DNA of 64,000 nt from Paragordius varius (taxonomy: Eukaryota > Animalia > Nematomorpha): contig OZ176053.1 of the NCBI GenBank assembly GCA_964247055.1, positions 8,866,001 through 8,930,000 of the forward strand, read 5' to 3'. Both the position numbers and the translations under genes were made by a program. Below the pieces are notes generated by a model that did not search any database, was not told the DNA's origin, and saw only the letters and a list, made by a program, of their open reading frames with translations. This document shows positions 62,300 to 64,000 of this stretch, in pieces; position 1 is the stretch's first letter; each line of letters begins with the position of its first letter.

Positions 62300-63086
62300 A
62301 TGACCGAAAGGTTTGCAAAGCAAATTAATAAGTGTGTTCTATCCCAATTAATTAGTTATTGTGGATGGACATCAGCATCTCAATCATCATTTGATGCTTT
62401 AACTGATATTTTCGAAAACTTTTATAAGGAATTAGGAAAATCCTTGAAGGCATATTCGGAACATGGTAATTATTTTTTAATTTTTTAGGAGAACGGGACT
62501 TTATTACTTTAGCGGATATAAATTGTGCGTTTAGTGATATGGATATACATATAAAAGATTTGTCCGAGTACATTATAGATGTACCCTCATTTTCGTTTTT
62601 GTTAAACGTACCAGAGTTCCCTTTAAAAGCACCCAATAATCTAAACTTTCCCTCAGATAATTCCTCCTTGCCAGAATACGTTGATCCATACTTTCCAAAA
62701 CTTCATCAAGAGGAATTATATAACTCCGAATCTGTTCTTAATGATTTGCAAAAGTTTAATTGCATTATAATTTTTTAAGTAATAGTCAAACCATATACAA
62801 AGGCGATATATCTGAAATCATTAATGTAAACGCTTCCCAAGAAAGTTTTACAAAAAACAATGACCAAAAAACTCAAGTGGCATATGAAAAGCGTGATATA
62901 GGAAGGGCTTCTATATGTGCCCTACCACCCATTTTATCATCCCCAAATGATTATTATTCTTTATCCGAGGAAGACGAATCTGAACCAGAAGTTAGCGAAG
63001 ATATTTTGGAAAATGAAATTTCGCCAAAAATATCTGTTCCTTTAATGCCAAATATCACAAAATTAACAGAACAAAGTAAAACTTAG
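62300..63086 (+). CDS. TAF3: TFIID subunit TAF3-like (histone-fold/BTP domain); 3' end uncertain
   Basis: Exons 62300-62465, 62489-62753 and 62780-63086, joined by 23- and 26-nt introns. LSQLISYCGWTS...ALTDIFENF...YSEHGERDFITLADINCAFSDMDI...VPEFPLKAPNNLNFP...EYVDPYFP resembles the TAF3 N-terminus. Confidence 0.85.
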
Positions 63087-64000
63087 ATATATCATAAACT
63101 AAAATGATTTTTTATTTATATATACTAAACGGGTATACTAATTAATTTTATTATAATATCAAATCTGATTTTTACTTGTTTTATTGTGTCTTAAAAGTAA
63201 AATCGTACTCATGCATAGTATAAACAATTGTAATATTTTTCTCCTATTTTTTAATAAAATTACAATTACAATTATATTTTTAATACTTTTTTGAATATAT
63301 TTGTGTGTTTAAATAGGGTTATTTTTTCCAGAGCCTTATTTTATAGGAAATTATAGTTTAGAACTTCAAAAATGATGATTAAACGCGCTAGAGGAAAGCA
63401 CAAAATGCGCCTTAAAGCTGATTTATCAAGACTTTTTAATACGATTAAGGAATATAACTATCACATATTCTATGTTTTATAAAATGGGTCAACTTTGATT
63501 ATATTTAATTATCCTATATATTTTTAATAACGATTCAGTACTTTTTAACTGTCAAATATCTGAGCCGCGCATTCTAGGAAACGCACTTTGTTTTTATAAT
63601 CATAGCGTTACGATATAAAATTATTTGTCATTACAGCACCCACTGTATTGTGAGCCAATTGACCATACAGTAGCGTATAATATAGAACAAATTTTGACCA
63701 TAATTAATGTTGGATAGTGAATAATTCTCTAATTTTACACATTTGTTGTTTTTTACTCATGCACTACTGTATTGCCAATAAGCTAAGAATAAAGTGCGAA
63801 ATCTAATTTATACACACACGTTTTAGAACCGTCAATGTCAATTAATACAACAACCGCCAGTATGCCCCTATCGAACAATGGAAATAAAGGAGTCACACAT
63901 TCTGTAGGGGGACCCATTACTAAGTCCGGTCTGCCAAAAAAACTGCCAATGATGACAGATAATTTATTTGCACCAGATATTATTATGAAACGAAGTGCTA

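Overview
A 64 kb window of a very AT-rich eukaryotic genome, probably animal, using the standard genetic code. Recognisable genes are CDC23/APC8 (+), tRNA-Phe(GAA), a SIN1/MAPKAP1-like gene (+), an HSD11B1-like short-chain dehydrogenase (-), C9orf78 (-), an OATP/SLCO transporter (+) with an intact intronless DDX1 nested antisense in one intron, and TAF3 (+). There are also several orphan ORFs and many transposon relics: RTE LINEs, Helitrons, hAT and TTAA-type MITEs, and a probable Penelope remnant. I spliced the conserved genes by hand, judging homology from recalled protein sequences (no database search was run). This gave 16 GT-AG introns of only 21-29 nt, coexisting with introns of 60-3600 nt and concentrated at gene 5' ends. 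The other highlight is a GC-rich island near 15.8-16.8 kb holding two convergent, TATA-driven, two-exon microprotein genes (65 aa Gly-X-X-rich and 36 aa Lys/Gln/Ala-rich) that the ORF track misses. Several 3' ends (SIN1, C9orf78, TAF3) and the orphan models at 39.6-42.3 kb could not be fully resolved.
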